Assembly (NCBI GenBank): GCA_040954595.2
Contig: CM082585.2
Span: 2,696,902-2,760,901, forward strand
From: Balanoglossus misakiensis
Taxonomy: Eukaryota; Animalia; Hemichordata
DNA: 64,000 bases
Direction: 5' to 3'
Shown: one piece after another, positions 33,113-45,974 of the stretch
How the letters are laid out: each line of letters opens with the position of its first letter
Numbering within the stretch: the stretch's first letter is position 1
Notes under the pieces: generated by a model
What the model was told of the DNA's origin: nothing
Seen by the model: only the letters and a program-made list of their open reading frames with translations
Databases searched by the model: none
Position numbers and translations under genes: made by a program

Positions 33113-35545
33113 ATGGCGGCCGCACAACAGATGTTACAGCTCAAGGAGCCAGAACACCTGTCCCTGGAAGGAAATTTGTCCGAGAATTGGCGTAGATTTG
33201 AACGGAAATTTCTCATCTACCTAAGAGCCTCGGGGGCAGAAGCAACCGCTGATGAAAGTACGAAAATTGCGTTACTTCTTCACTGCGTGGGTGACGACGC
33301 TGTCGAATTGTACGACACGTTCAAGTTCGAACCAGAGACGGACAAAGACAGTTTCGAGGCTAATATTGCGAAGTTTAAGGCTCATTGCAACCCGCGGAAA
33401 AACACGCTGTTTGAGCGATACAGATTTTGGGACTGTGTCCAGAGCGAGGGCGAGTCCATTGATCAATTCGTCACGGAGCTGAGGAAAAGAGCGAGAACGT
33501 GCGAATTCAACAAAGGTAATCAGGAAGATTTGAACATTCTAGATCGTATTGTACTAGGCATCCGAGACGTACAACTGAGAGAGAGATTGCTGAGAGAGGC
33601 ACCTACAACATTGTCGAAGGCCATCGATATGTGTCGTGCTGCAGAAACTAGCAAATCTCAGATTCAAGCGATGGCGGCAAAAGAACAAACAGTCCATGTT
33701 GTTCAAAACAGGAAGCCATGGAAGCCCGCCAAAAAGGTCGCTGAGTCTCAAAACAAAGACAGGGGCAGAACATTCAAATGCAAGAGATGTGGAGCAGTGC
33801 ATGGACCCCGCTCATGCCCAGCCTTTGGCAAGGAATGCTACAAGTGTAATGAGACCGGTCATTTCGCAAACGTTTGCAAAAACAAGCCACGTGATCGAGT
33901 ACTCACAGTAGAAGAGCACTCTGATAATGATGACAACGACTCGGACCAATTGTTTGTGGGAGAGCTGACAACGGTTGAGGTGCATGATTTCCAAGCTCGT
34001 CACAGTGATGTCGCATGGTATGCTACACTGATGCTGAGCGGATTGAAGGTAAAAGTAAAGCTGGACTCTGGAGCGAGTGCGAATGTCCTCCCACTGAAAA
34101 CATACAGGCAGATTCCAGACAAAATGAAACCAAAGCTAGTGCCAACTACAACTGTGCTATCTGTTTATGGAGATGCGAAAGTGGTACCCCATGGAATGGC
34201 AACGCTAAAGTGCACCGTAAAAGACCACACAGAAATGCTGGATTTTTACATTGCTGATGTAAGTTCACCACCATTATTGGGTCTGAAGTCATGTTTGAAG
34301 CTAAACCTCATACAACGAATCGATACAGTGAGTGACAACAAATACCTCACAAAAGAGTCACTGTTGGAGAGCTATGGCGATCTTTTCACCGGCTTAGGAG
34401 AACTACCAGGGGAATATCACATTGAACTAAATGATGAAATAAAACCAGTAGTCCACCCGGTCAGAAAGGTCCCGTTCAGCATACGAAGCAGGCTGCAAAA
34501 GAAGTTGAAATCAATGGAAGACAGTGGCGTGATAGCCAAAGTTGACAAACCAACGGATTGGGTCAACAGCCTGGTGATCATCGAAAAGAAAGATGGATCT
34601 CTGAGAGTGTGTTTGGACCCGAAAGATCTCAACAAGGCGATAAAGAGAGAGCAATACCCCATCCCCACCCCAGAGGACATTTCAGCCAAGCTCAATGGGA
34701 TGAAAGTTTTCTCCATTGTTGACATGAAAGATGGTTACTGGCACATCAAGCTTGACGAAGAGAGCTCATACCTATGCACTTTCAACACACCATTCGGCCG
34801 GTACCGTTTCAAGCGGCTCCCATTTGGGATATGTTCAGCCAGTGAAGTATTTCAGAAACGAAATGAACAGGTGTTCAATGACATCAGTGGAGTTCAAGTA
34901 ATCGTCGATGATTTAATAATTGCAGGCGAAGACAAAACAGACGCAGACAAAACACTTAGAAGAGTGATGGACAGAGCCAGAGAAAACAACGTCAAGTTAA
35001 ACAAGGACAAAATCAAGCTACATGTAAACGAAGTGAAATACGTAGGAAACCTTGTGACAGCTGATGGGTTGAAACCGGACAGCGACAAGGTGAGAGCAAT
35101 AATGGAGTTGCCAAAGCCTGAATGCAAGGAAGACCTGAGACGCCTGCTTGGAAAGGTCAACTATTTATCTCAGTTTATTCCAAACATGTCTGAGATAACG
35201 GCACCACTTCGTGAGCTACTCTCCGGCAAGGTCTTGTGGATGTGGGGACATGAACAAGACCGTGCACTGGATCGGATCAAAGAATGCCTGACCAGTGGAC
35301 CGGTGTTGAAGTTCTTTGACGTCAACAAGCCTGTACGCATACAGACAGATGCATCCCAGAGTGGCCTCGGATCGTGCCTGTTCCAAGGTGACCATCCCGT
35401 AGCATATGCATCACGCTCTTTAACTCTGGCGGAGAAGAATTATGCACAAATCGAAAAAGAGATGCTTGCGATTGTATTCTCTTGTGAGCGTTTCCACCAA
35501 TACGTATATGGAAGGGTCATCGTTGATACCTCACCCTGTTCCTGA
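33113..35545 (+). CDS. gag-pol: Gag-protease-RT-RNase H polyprotein (truncated)
   Basis: GNLSENWRRF gag, CYKCNETGHFANVC knuckle, KLDSGAS protease, IVDD RT, TDASQSGLG and YAQIEKE RNase H. Confidence 0.92.
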   Translation: MAAAQQMLQLKEPEHLSLEGNLSENWRRFERKFLIYLRASGAEATADESTKIALLLHCVGDDAVELYDTFKFEPETDKDSFEANIAKFKAHCNPRKNTLFERYRFWDCVQSEGESIDQFVTELRKRARTCEFNKGNQEDLNILDRIVLGIRDVQLRERLLREAPTTLSKAIDMCRAAETSKSQIQAMAAKEQTVHVVQNRKPWKPAKKVAESQNKDRGRTFKCKRCGAVHGPRSCPAFGKECYKCNETGHFANVCKNKPRDRVLTVEEHSDNDDNDSDQLFVGELTTVEVHDFQARHSDVAWYATLMLSGLKVKVKLDSGASANVLPLKTYRQIPDKMKPKLVPTTTVLSVYGDAKVVPHGMATLKCTVKDHTEMLDFYIADVSSPPLLGLKSCLKLNLIQRIDTVSDNKYLTKESLLESYGDLFTGLGELPGEYHIELNDEIKPVVHPVRKVPFSIRSRLQKKLKSMEDSGVIAKVDKPTDWVNSLVIIEKKDGSLRVCLDPKDLNKAIKREQYPIPTPEDISAKLNGMKVFSIVDMKDGYWHIKLDEESSYLCTFNTPFGRYRFKRLPFGICSASEVFQKRNEQVFNDISGVQVIVDDLIIAGEDKTDADKTLRRVMDRARENNVKLNKDKIKLHVNEVKYVGNLVTADGLKPDSDKVRAIMELPKPECKEDLRRLLGKVNYLSQFIPNMSEITAPLRELLSGKVLWMWGHEQDRALDRIKECLTSGPVLKFFDVNKPVRIQTDASQSGLGSCLFQGDHPVAYASRSLTLAEKNYAQIEKEMLAIVFSCERFHQYVYGRVIVDTSPCS

Positions 35546-36461
35546 GCGCGTGTGGCAAAAGATTGGGGCTGATATCTTCCATTTGAATGGCAGTGACTAC
35601 CTCCTGATGGTGGATTATTTCTCGAAGTACCCAGAAATAGGTTTGCTCAAAGCAAAGACAGCAGAAGCCGTGATAACCCAAATGAAGTCAGTCTTCGCAC
35701 GACACGGTATTCCTGATGAAGTTCTAGCCGACAATGTTCCATTTGCGAGCCAGCGTTTCCGACAGTTTGCCACGGAATGGGGGTTCAAAATCACCACATC
35801 AAGCCCAACCTATGCCCAGTCGAATGGCATGAGTGAGAGAGCCATTCAAACCGTCAAGAAATTGCTCAAAAAGGCAATGGATGACAACAAAGATCCATAC
35901 ATAGCGCTCCTGGAGTACCGAAACACACCGGTGTCAGGTATGACCACCTCACCAGCACAACTATTGATGAGCAGAATGTTGAAGTCTAAGATACCTGTCT
36001 CACCAAGAATGCTGAGTCCACAAGTGGCCACTGAAGCAAGATCTGAGTTGTTGATCCGACAAGAGAAGCAGAAGAAATACTATGACCAACACACCAAAAC
36101 ACTGCCACAAATCAAAGAAGACGAGACTGTAGGAATAAGATGTGACAAGGTGTGGAAACCAGCAACTGTTACCGGAAAACATGGATCCCCACGATCATAC
36201 ATCGTCACCACTCCCGAAGGCCAACAGTACCGGCGAAACAGGAGACATCTATTGAAAGCACCGTGGCCCAAATCCAGTATGATATCAGCACATGACCAGG
36301 AACCACCAGACGATGAAAACATGCCGATTGACGATCCACAAACAGCCTTGCCACTGGAAGATGCTCCCGAAACAACAAAGCATCCATCTGAAAAGCGAAC
36401 ATCAAGTGGACGTGTGATCAGGATGCCAGAACGTTATCGAAATAACTATGTTACAGAATGA
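35525..36461 (+). CDS. pol: Integrase core, out of frame, N-terminal HHCC domain missing
   Basis: WQKIGADIF, VDYFSKY, LADNVP, QSNGMSERAIQ, YRNTP, RRNRRHL. Confidence 0.9.
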
Positions 36462-39329
36462 CAGTGATTGTGCCGACAAAAAAAAAAAAAAAAATGTTGT
36501 TCCAGTGTTCTGAATATGTTTCTGGTAAGAGTGGATGGTAAAGATCCTCTCCAACTGGAAGTCAAGTGCTTGAACCTCTGACTTCCCACACAGTGTTAAA
36601 AAAAATGTTTGTGTTTTGTTTCACACCAAGAGACTTCAGTTGTTTTGTTTAGAAAATGCTTACAATGCTATGAATGGTGACAGTTTATATGAAACCTGAA
36701 CAGTATTATTGAAAGACATTCTCACTCACAAGCAAACATTCTTTGAACATTTATTGTGTGTTCAGCTCAAAAAAAAAGGGGAGATGTGATATATATTGCC
36801 TAAACAATGACGTATGCATTATCCATCATGCCCTTCGATATTGTAGTACACATATTATGGTCTGTACTTTCCGAGTATTCTTCAGTGTTAGAGTTTGTCA
36901 ATAAACATCACAGGTTCGGTGATAATTTTGTTAAATGGATTTCCATACTGTATAACCAGGTTATGAGTAATGTAAAAATTAACGGGTTTTTGTCTGACTC
37001 GGTGTTAATTAAACGAAGTGTCAGACAAGGGTGCCCGCTGTCAGCAATGTTGTACGTGCTGTCAGCTGAGCCTCTAAATGCCGCTATTCAGCATAACCAC
37101 AACATACATGGTATTCAAATTCCTGGCAGTACTGTATCTTCCTTAGTTTACCAACATGCTGATGACACCACTCTAACCGTTAGCGATGACCATTCTATCC
37201 GCGAAGCGTATCAGGTCTTTTGTGATTATGGTAAAGCTTCTGGATCAAAGGTTAATCTGAACAAAAGTGCTTTGATGTGGATAGGAAACAAAAGAGGGCG
37301 TACTGACTGCCCCTTACCTGTTAAGCTTCAACTGGATGGCATGGTCATTCTTGGTGTCATGTTGAATCATGACAAATCAGTTGCTAATGATTTCAATTGG
37401 GCTCAGCGCATTCCTAAAATCTGCAGAATTCTGATATCTTGGTCATTTCGTAAATTGTCCTACAAAGGGAAAACCCTTATTATCAACTCCCTTGTTACGT
37501 CTACTCTGTGGTACCGGGCATCTGTTGTTTCTTTGCCTCAGCAACACATACAAATTTTGAATGAGCACATCTGCAATTTCTTCTGGAGCAAAGGTCATCA
37601 CAGGGTGAAATATGATGTCATCACTTCCGACATTCACGATGGGGGACTAAAAGTCACAAATATTCTAGACAAAGTGCATGCACTTCGTCTCAAGTGGTTG
37701 TGTAAAATGCTGGATAAAGATTATGTTCACAAATTCAAGCTGTTTTTCACCTACAACTTAAATACAACATGTAAGTATCTCGATCTCAATTGTGGTGTTG
37801 ACACTTTTAAAATGTTACTTTATCCTACCAACTTACGTCAGTGTTCTACATTCTACAAGGAATTGTTTCAGTCTTGGTCACATCATTTCAAGTATCTTCG
37901 TGCACAACCAGTTTCCTACGATGAAATTATCAATGAACCTATTTTTCATAACCCATTCATTGAAGGGCGCCCCCTGGCGATTGTAAAGCTTTTCAGTTCA
38001 GCTGGCATTGCCAAAATCAGGGATTTGTTATACGAGGTCATTCCTGGGTTCCTACCTGTTGATGCAATTGGTGACATGGTTTCATTGGCCCATCCTGACA
38101 CTCCCACAAGCAATACTGTTGAGAAGCAGTACCAGATTATCCTCAATTCAATTCCTCAAAAGTGGCATGAAATTCTGCAGAGTAATTACAATGATTATAA
38201 CAAAGTGGACAAAAACTCGTCTCTCTTTATTGTTAATGCTCATGATCAACGTGTTCCTTTCCATTCTCTTAAGGTTAGACACATTACTACAATAGCTCGG
38301 CATCTGAGAAAAACAGTGCCCACGGGTGTTCAGTATTGGCTCTATCACCTGCCAAACTTTGATTTTAGTAAGGTTTGGCCAATTGTTTACACAAATTTCA
38401 AGGATAACTACCTGGGTGATCTGGATTATCTCATTTGTCACAACGCTGTTTTAGTAATCTTCGTCTTTATAAATCAGGCAAAATCCTCAGTCCGACTTGT
38501 GACTTCTGCACATTTTTTCCCGAAGACGTGTATAATTTGTTTGTGTGCCGCCAGACAATTCAATCCCTGTGGCAACTTGTTTTTGAGTATATCAACAGTG
38601 CCTGTAATGTAAATAAGTTTAAACCCAACAGATATAATTCTAATGAAGTTATTTGGTTATACTGTCAAGGATGACAAGTACGAGTACACGCTGATCAATA
38701 TTTTATTGACACTTTCACGTTATACAATTCATAGTAGAAGATTAGCATACAAGCGTTGTACTCGGAAAATCGACTTGATCATGTTCTTTAACTACAAATT
38801 AAAACAGAAAATCACTTTTGAATATAACAGGTGCAAAGTAAGTGATGATGTTGCGCTATTTGAAAGCATCTTTGCACAAAACAATGTACTTGTAACGGTA
38901 AAAAATTTTGACTTTACCTTCAATTTTTAAACAATCGTTTTGTCTATGTTGTCACCTTCAGTTGAACCTGGCGCCCTCTGGTGTTACATACCATCTTTTT
39001 TACTGGTAATTGTTCCTGTAATTAAATTGTATGTCACAATTATATGACAGATTGGAGTAGGACTTACATAAATGATGGAATGCTGTAATGCAATATTGTG
39101 AATTTAAAGATTGTTTATGTTGAATGACTTGACTACACATGCATTCATTTCGGTGTATGATTTTTCATCAATATTGTAATGATTGGCATTAGTAGTGTAA
39201 CGTGTTGAGAATTTATGGCATTATTTAAAATGAATCTATGACTGTAATTACAAGCTTCTTGTAATGTACAAATTATTTTTAACAGGTCAAGCCAGTGGGC
39301 CTGTCCTTTTTAATAAAAGATTAAAAAAA

Positions 39330-42300
39330 GGAAGGCTAGCCTTTTACCCGAAGGAGTCGACTGATGTTGGTTCGAGACCACTTTATTTTTCTATTTCTTT
39401 TTTGTGAGAACTTTTAACGACGTTTTCATTGTAATTTTTTTCCATTTTCATAAATCCAATTCATTTCAATATCTACGCTGCGTTTTTTATCTGTCTGGTA
39501 TAACAAACATGCAGTGAAACTTGGCCATTTTTTTGTCGCGGTTCACTTGGGCAAGTCTGAATACGTAGTGCTCATCAGAGAGAAAGATAAACTCGCTAAA
39601 CCGTGTCTTTCCGTCCGCAAGACCAACCAAGGAGCGAAAAAGTCGTTATTTAGGCCGTAATAAAACGTTTTTGTCGCCGAGGAGTGAATACAGAACGGTC
39701 AGATCGTTGTTGGGGAGGGAAATCTTATTCGCACCGCTGCGATGCAGGGAACTCTTATTTGCTGCGGTGCAAATAAGATCATTGGAGTTATGCTGCAATA
39801 TAGAGCGAAAAATGTCCGACTTTTTCGAGTACACATCATGATGGCGAAAGGTTCAGGAAGGCTAGCCTTTTACCCGAAGGTGTCGACTGATGTTGGTTCG
39901 AGACCACTTTATTTTTCTATTTCTTTTTTGTGAGAACTTTTAACGACATTTTAATTGTAATTTTTATCATTTTCATAAATCCAATTAATTTCAATATCTA
40001 CGCTGCGTTTTTTATCTGTCTGGTATAACAAACATGCAGAGAAACTTGGCCATTTTTTTGTCGAGGTTCACTTGGGCAAGTCTGAATAACGGAGTGCTCT
40101 GCAGAGAGAAAGATAAACTCGCTAAACCGCGTCTTTCCGTCTGCATGACCAACCAAGGAGCGAAAAAGTCGTTATTTAGGCCGTAATAAAACGTTTTTGT
40201 CCACTGCGGTGCAAATAAGATCATTGGAGTTATGCTGCAATATAGTGCGGAAAATTTCCTACTTTTTCGAGTACACATCATGATGGCGAAATGTTCAGGA
40301 AGGCTAGCCTTTTACCCGAAGGTGTCGACTGATGTTGGTTCAAGACCACTTTTTTCTATTTCTATTTTTTGTGAGAACTTTTAACGACATTATAATAGTA
40401 ATTTTTAACAATTTCATCAATCCAATTCATTTCAATATCTACGCTGCTTTTTTTATCTGTCTGGTATAACAAACATGCAGAGAAACTTGGCCATTTTTTG
40501 TCGCGGTTCACTTGGGCAAGTCTGAATAACGGAGTGCTCAGCAGAGAGAAGATAAACTCGCTAAAACCCTGTCTTTCCGTCCGCATGACCAACCAAGGAG
40601 CGAAAAAGTCGTTACTTAGGCCGTAATAAAACGTTTTTGTCGCCGAGGAGTGAATAAAGAACGGTCAGATCGTTGTTGGGGAGGGAACTCTTATTCGCAC
40701 CGCTGCGGTGCAGGGAACTCTTATTTGCACCGCTGCGGTGCAAATAAGATCATTGGAGTTATGCTGCAGTATAGTGCGGAAAATTTACTACTTTTTCGAG
40801 TACACATTATGATGGCGAAAGGTTCAGGAACGCTAGCCTTTTACCCGAAGGTGTCGACTGATGTTGGTTCGAGACCACTTTATTTTTCTATTTCTTTTTT
40901 TGTGAGAACTTTTAACGACGTTTTCATTGTAATTTTTTCCATTTTCATTAATCCAATTCATTGTAATATCTACGCTGCGTTTTTTATCTGTCTGGTATAA
41001 CAAACATGCAGAGAAACTTGGCCATTTTTTGTCGCGGTTCACTTGGACAAGTCTGAATACGGAGTGCTCAGCAGAGAGAAAGATAAACTCGCTAAACCGT
41101 GTCTTTCCGTCCGCATGACCAACCAAGGAGCGAAAAAGTCGTTATTTAGGCCGTAATAAAACGTTTTTGTCCACTGCGGTGCAAATAAGATCATTGGAGT
41201 TATGCTGCAATATAGTGCGGAAAATTTCCTACTTTTTCGAGTACACATCATGATGGCGAAAGGTTCAGGAAGGCTAGCCTTTTACCCGAAGGTGTCGACT
41301 GATGTTGGTTCGAGACCACTTTATTTTTCTATTTCTTTTTTGTGAGAACTTTTAACGACATTTTCATTGTAATTTTTATCATTTTCATAAATCCAATTCA
41401 TTTCTATATCTACGCTGCGTTTTTTATCTGTCTGGTATAACAAACATGCAGAGAAACTTGGCCATTTTTTTGTCGAGGTTCACTTGGGCAAGTCTGAATA
41501 ACGGAGTGCTCTGCAGAGAGAAAGATAAAATCGCTAAACCGCGCCTTTCCGTCTGCATGACCAACCAAGGAGCGAAAAAGTCGTTATTTAGGCCGTAATA
41601 AAACGTTTTTGTCCACTGCGGTGCAAATAAGATCATTGGAGTTATGCTGCAATATAGTGCGGAAAATTTCCTACTTTTTCGAGTACACATCATGATGGCG
41701 AAAGGTTCAGGAAGGCTAGCCTTTTACCCGAAGGTGTCGACTGATGTTGGTTCGAGACCACTTTATTTTTCTATTTCTTTTTTGTGAGAACTTTTAACGA
41801 CATTTTCATTGTAATTTTTATCATTTTCATAAATCCAATTCATTTCTATATCTACGCTGCGTTTTTTATCTGTCTGGTATAACAAACATGCAGAGAAACT
41901 TGGCCATTTTTTTATCGAGGTTCACTTGGGCAAGTCTGAATAACGGAGTGCTCTGCAGAGAGAAAGATAAAATCGCTAAACCGCGCCTTTCCGTCTGCAT
42001 GACCAACCAAGGAGCGAAAAAGTCGTTATTTAGGCCGTAATAAAACGTTTTTGTCCACTGCGGTGCAAATAAGATCATTGGAGTTATGCTGCAATATAGT
42101 GCGGAAAATTTCCTACTTTTTCGAGTACACATCATGATGGCGAAAGGTTCAGGAAGGCTAGCCTTTTACCCGAAGGTGTCGACTGATGTTGGTTCGAGAC
42201 CACTTTTTTTCTATTTCTATTTTTTTGTGAGAACTTTTAACGACATTATAATTGTAATTTTTAACAATTTCATAAATCCAATTCATTTCAATATCTACGC

Positions 42301-44706
42301 TGCTTTTTTTATCTGTCTGGTATAACAAACATGCAGAGAAACTTGGCCATTTTTTGTCGCGGTTCACTTGGGCAAGTCTGAATAACGGAGTGCTCAGCAG
42401 AGAGAAAGATAAACTCGCTAAAACCCTGTCTTTCCGTCCGAATGACCAACCAAGGAGCGAAAAAGTCGTTATTTAAGCCGTAATAAAACGTTTTATGTCG
42501 CCGAGGAGTAAATAAAGAACGGTCAGATCATTGCGGGGCCAGGGAACTCTTATTCGCACCGCTACGGTGCAGGGAACTCGTATTTGCACAGCTGCGGTGC
42601 AAATAAGATCATTGGAGTTATGCTGCAATATAGTGCGGAAAATTTCCGACTTTTTCGAGTACACATTGTGATGGTGAAAGGTTCAGGAAAGGTTTTACCT
42701 GAGGATGTCAACTGATGTTGGTTCGAGACCACTTTTTTACTATTTCTATTTTTTGTGAGAACTTTTAACGACATTATAATTGAAATTTTAACAATTTCAT
42801 AAATCCAATTCATTTCAATATCTACGCTGCTTTTTTCATCTATCGGGTATAAGTAACATGCAGGGAAACTTGGCCATTTTTTGTCGCGGTTCACTTGGGT
42901 AAGTCTGAATACTGAGTGCTCAGCAGAGTGAAAGATAAACTCGCTAAAACCGTGTCTTTCCGTCCGCATGACCAACCAAGGAGCGAAAAAGTCGTTATTT
43001 AGGCCGTAATAAAACGTTTTTGTCGCCGAAGAGTGAATAAAGAACGGTCAGATCATTGCGGGGCCAGGGAACTCTTATTCGCACAGCTGCGGTGCGGGGA
43101 ACTCTTATTTGCACCGCTGCGGTGCAAATAAGATCATTGGAGTTATGCTGCAATATAGTGCGGAAAATTTCCGACTTTTTCGAGTACACATTGTGATGGT
43201 GAAAGGTTCAGGAAAGGTTTTACCTGAGGATGTCAACTGATGTTGGTTCGAGACCACTTTTTTACTATTTCTATTTTTTTGTGAGAACTTTTAACGACAT
43301 TATAATTGTAATTTTTAACAATTTCATAAATCCAATTCATTTCAATATCTACGCTGCTTTTTTATCTGTCTGGTATAACAAACATGCAGAGAAACTTGGC
43401 CATTTTTTGTCGCGGTTCACTTGGGCAAGTCTGAATAACGGAGTGCTCAGCAGAGAGAAAGATAAACTCGCTAAAACCCTGTCTTTCCGTCCGAATGACC
43501 AACCAAGGAGCGAAAAAGTCGTTATTTAAGCCGTAATAAAACGTTTTATGTCGCCGAGGAGTAAATAAAGAACGGTCAGATCATTGCGGGGCCAGGGAAC
43601 TCTTATTCGCACCGCTACGGTGCAGGGAACTCGTATTTGCACAGCTGCGGTGCAAATAAGATCATTGGAGTTATGCTGCAATATAGTGCGGAAAATTTCC
43701 GACTTTTTCGAGTACACATTGTGATGGTGAAAGGTTCAGGAAAGGTTTTACCTGAGGATGTCAACTGATGTTGGTTCGAGACCACTTTTTTACTATTTCT
43801 ATTTTTTGTGAGAACTTTTAACGACATTATAATTGAAATTTTAACAATTTCATAAATCCAATTCATTTCAATATCTACGCTGCTTTTTTCATCTATCGGG
43901 TATAAGTAACATGCAGGGAAACTTGGCCATTTTTTGTCGCGGTTCACTTGGGTAAGTCTGAATACTGAGTGCTCAGCAGAGTGAAAGATAAACTCGCTAA
44001 AACCGTGTCTTTCCGTCCGCATGACCAACCAAGGAGCGAAAAAGTCGTTATTTAGGCCGTAATAAAACGTTTTTGTCGCCGAAGAGTGAATAAAGAACGG
44101 TCAGATCATTGCGGGGCCAGGGAACTCTTATTCGCACAGCTGCGGTGCGGGGAACTCTTATTTGCACCGCTGCGGTGCAAATAAGATCATTGGAGTTATG
44201 CTGCAATATAATGCGGAAAATTTCCGACTTTTTTGAGTAAACATCGTGATGGCCAAAGGTTCAGGAAGGCTAACCTTTTTACCTGAGGGTGTCAACTGAT
44301 GTTGGTTCGAGACCACTTTTTTTGTATTTCTTTTTTTTGTGAGAACTTTTAACGACATTATAATTGTAATTTTTATCGTTTTCATAAATCCAATTCATTT
44401 CAATATCTACGCCGCTTTTTTCATCTGTCGGGTATAAGTAACATGCAGGGAAACTTGGCCTTTTTTGTCGCGGTTCACTTGGGCAAGTCTGAATACGGAG
44501 TGCTCAGCAGAGAGAAAGATAAACTCGCTAAAACCGTGTCTTTCCGTCCGCATGACCAACCAAGGAGCGAAAAAGTCATTATTTAGGCCGTAATAAAACG
44601 TTTTTGTCGCCGAGGAGTGAATAAAGAATGGTCAGATCGTTGTTTGGGAGGGAAATCTTATTCGCGCCGCTGCGATGCAGGGATCTCTTATTTGCACCGC
44701 TGCGGC
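39330..44706. repeat. Tandem satellite, ~11 monomers of ~442 or ~527 bp
   Basis: gaaggctagccttttacccgaagg recurs at ~39331, 39857, 40299, 40828, 41269, 41711 and 42153, with variants at ~42686, 43211, 43739 and 44265. Confidence 0.96.
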
Positions 44707-45287
44707 GACGCGTATGACTTTCTGATTGATTGGTCCAGCGTTGTTGGGGAAACCGATCTTGCTCTTTTGGACATTTCTCTCGTGATTCTGGAGTACGCCA
44801 CGATAGTAGTGACTAATGCAGTGGTTATTAGAAGGCTCATATTTTGCTGTTTGAAGGCTCATACTTGCATATTTGGCCGTTGAAAGGCTCATATTTGCAC
44901 ATTCGGCCGTTGGAAGGGTCATGGAACGCTCACTATTATAATAATCACACTTGCTATCATAACAATCAATTAAATATTTGAAAATTGGAAGATTTGAGTA
45001 CTTGCTTTTATCTTAGTGTGACTGCCACAAGATATATATTCACAACATACAGAGATATATTTTATTTATTCTTGGTGTTTTATCAAATAATCCATCCTAG
45101 AGAAATACAGAGACCATTTGTACAGGAGTTCTTGAGTGAAACACAACAGCATTTACTCCAGATCATATCTTTTTGATACTGTACTTGAATAATCTGAAGG
45201 AATCTTATCACATCTGTAACAAGTTGAATACATCAATACAATGAGAGTAAAGAAATTAAGCACAAAGGCAAAAATAAAAAGAGAAAG

Positions 45288-45812
45288 TTGCATCTCCAAC
45301 ATAAAAGACAATGTCCATCAAATTCTTATAGAATGGTTGTTATTGAGGGTGATGGCAATTGTCTATTTAGGGCTATAAGTCAAGGCCTATTTGCAACTCA
45401 GATTCATCATAATGCTGTTAGATTACAAACTGTAAACTATATAAGTGATCATTGGGATGAATATAAAGATTTCATTATTGCTGAATATCAGAGATTTAGT
45501 GTAAATAATCAAGATGACTACAGGCAGTACATGTCTAAATCTGATCCAGGTTTTGCAACTTTTGGTGGCCATATTGAAATAACTGCAGCTGCTTCAGCAT
45601 ACAATGTGAAGATTGCAGTTCATTTAGATATTCTCAATGAACCATTTCTCACAGAGGGTGATTCCTCAGTGACAATACACCTGTTATATCATGCAATCCG
45701 TGAACAAGGACAATTTGATAGTGGTCACTATGACTTCCTTGAGATAACAGATACACATCTTACACGACACTTGAGGACTCTGATCATGAATCGGGCAAAA
45801 CACATGATATGA
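45288..45812 (+). CDS. OTU-like cysteine protease domain of the Helentron
   Basis: IEGDGNCLFRAIS (catalytic Asp/Cys), FGGHIEITAA, GHYD (catalytic His). Confidence 0.88.
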   Translation: MHLQHKRQCPSNSYRMVVIEGDGNCLFRAISQGLFATQIHHNAVRLQTVNYISDHWDEYKDFIIAEYQRFSVNNQDDYRQYMSKSDPGFATFGGHIEITAAASAYNVKIAVHLDILNEPFLTEGDSSVTIHLLYHAIREQGQFDSGHYDFLEITDTHLTRHLRTLIMNRAKHMI

Positions 45813-45974
45813 TCACAACACATAATATAGACTTTGCAAGTTATAGGGAAAGGGAAAAAGAGAGGGACAAGAAGAGAAAGCAAGAAAAAAGAAAAAATGT
45901 TGACTTTAAGGAGAATGAAAAACAAAGAGACTTATCATATGAAAGAATCAAGAGATCTAATAGTTGGTGGAGGC

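Larger units (their letters stand above)
32918..36912 (+). mobile_element. Ty3/Gypsy LTR retrotransposon (Mag-like), internally deleted
   Basis: 128-bp LTRs TG..CA (32918-33045 and 36785-36912, one mismatch seen). TSD ggttc. PBS. Polypurine tract before 36785. Confidence 0.96.
32195..39329 (+). mobile_element. 5'-truncated L1/Tx1-like LINE, interrupted by a Gypsy element
   Basis: KSPGADGLPYEFY, NWRPITLLNCDYKI, DQMKAFDRVDH | FG..FVKWI, SVRQGCPLS, QHADDTT, C-terminal CDFC..EDVYNLF..C. Frameshift ~38450. aataaa + A-tail at 39312-39329. Confidence 0.9.

Noticed and set aside
36807-36912. N-terminus MTYALSIMPF.. of the 601-aa ORF as a real protein start
   Set aside because: It is the Gypsy 3' LTR read in frame by chance. 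LINE homology starts at 36913. Likewise the tails of ORFs 32426-33037 and 51342-52769 run into LTR sequence.
32180-39345. L1/Tx1 inserted into the satellite as a specific target
   Set aside because: The 3' tail abuts the satellite, but the 5' flank is not satellite and no TSD is visible.
39646-44922. Numerous 60-137 aa ORFs in the satellite and antisense ORFs over the 63-bp repeat and retroelement genes
   Set aside because: Artefacts of tandem repetition or shadow frames of real coding sequence.
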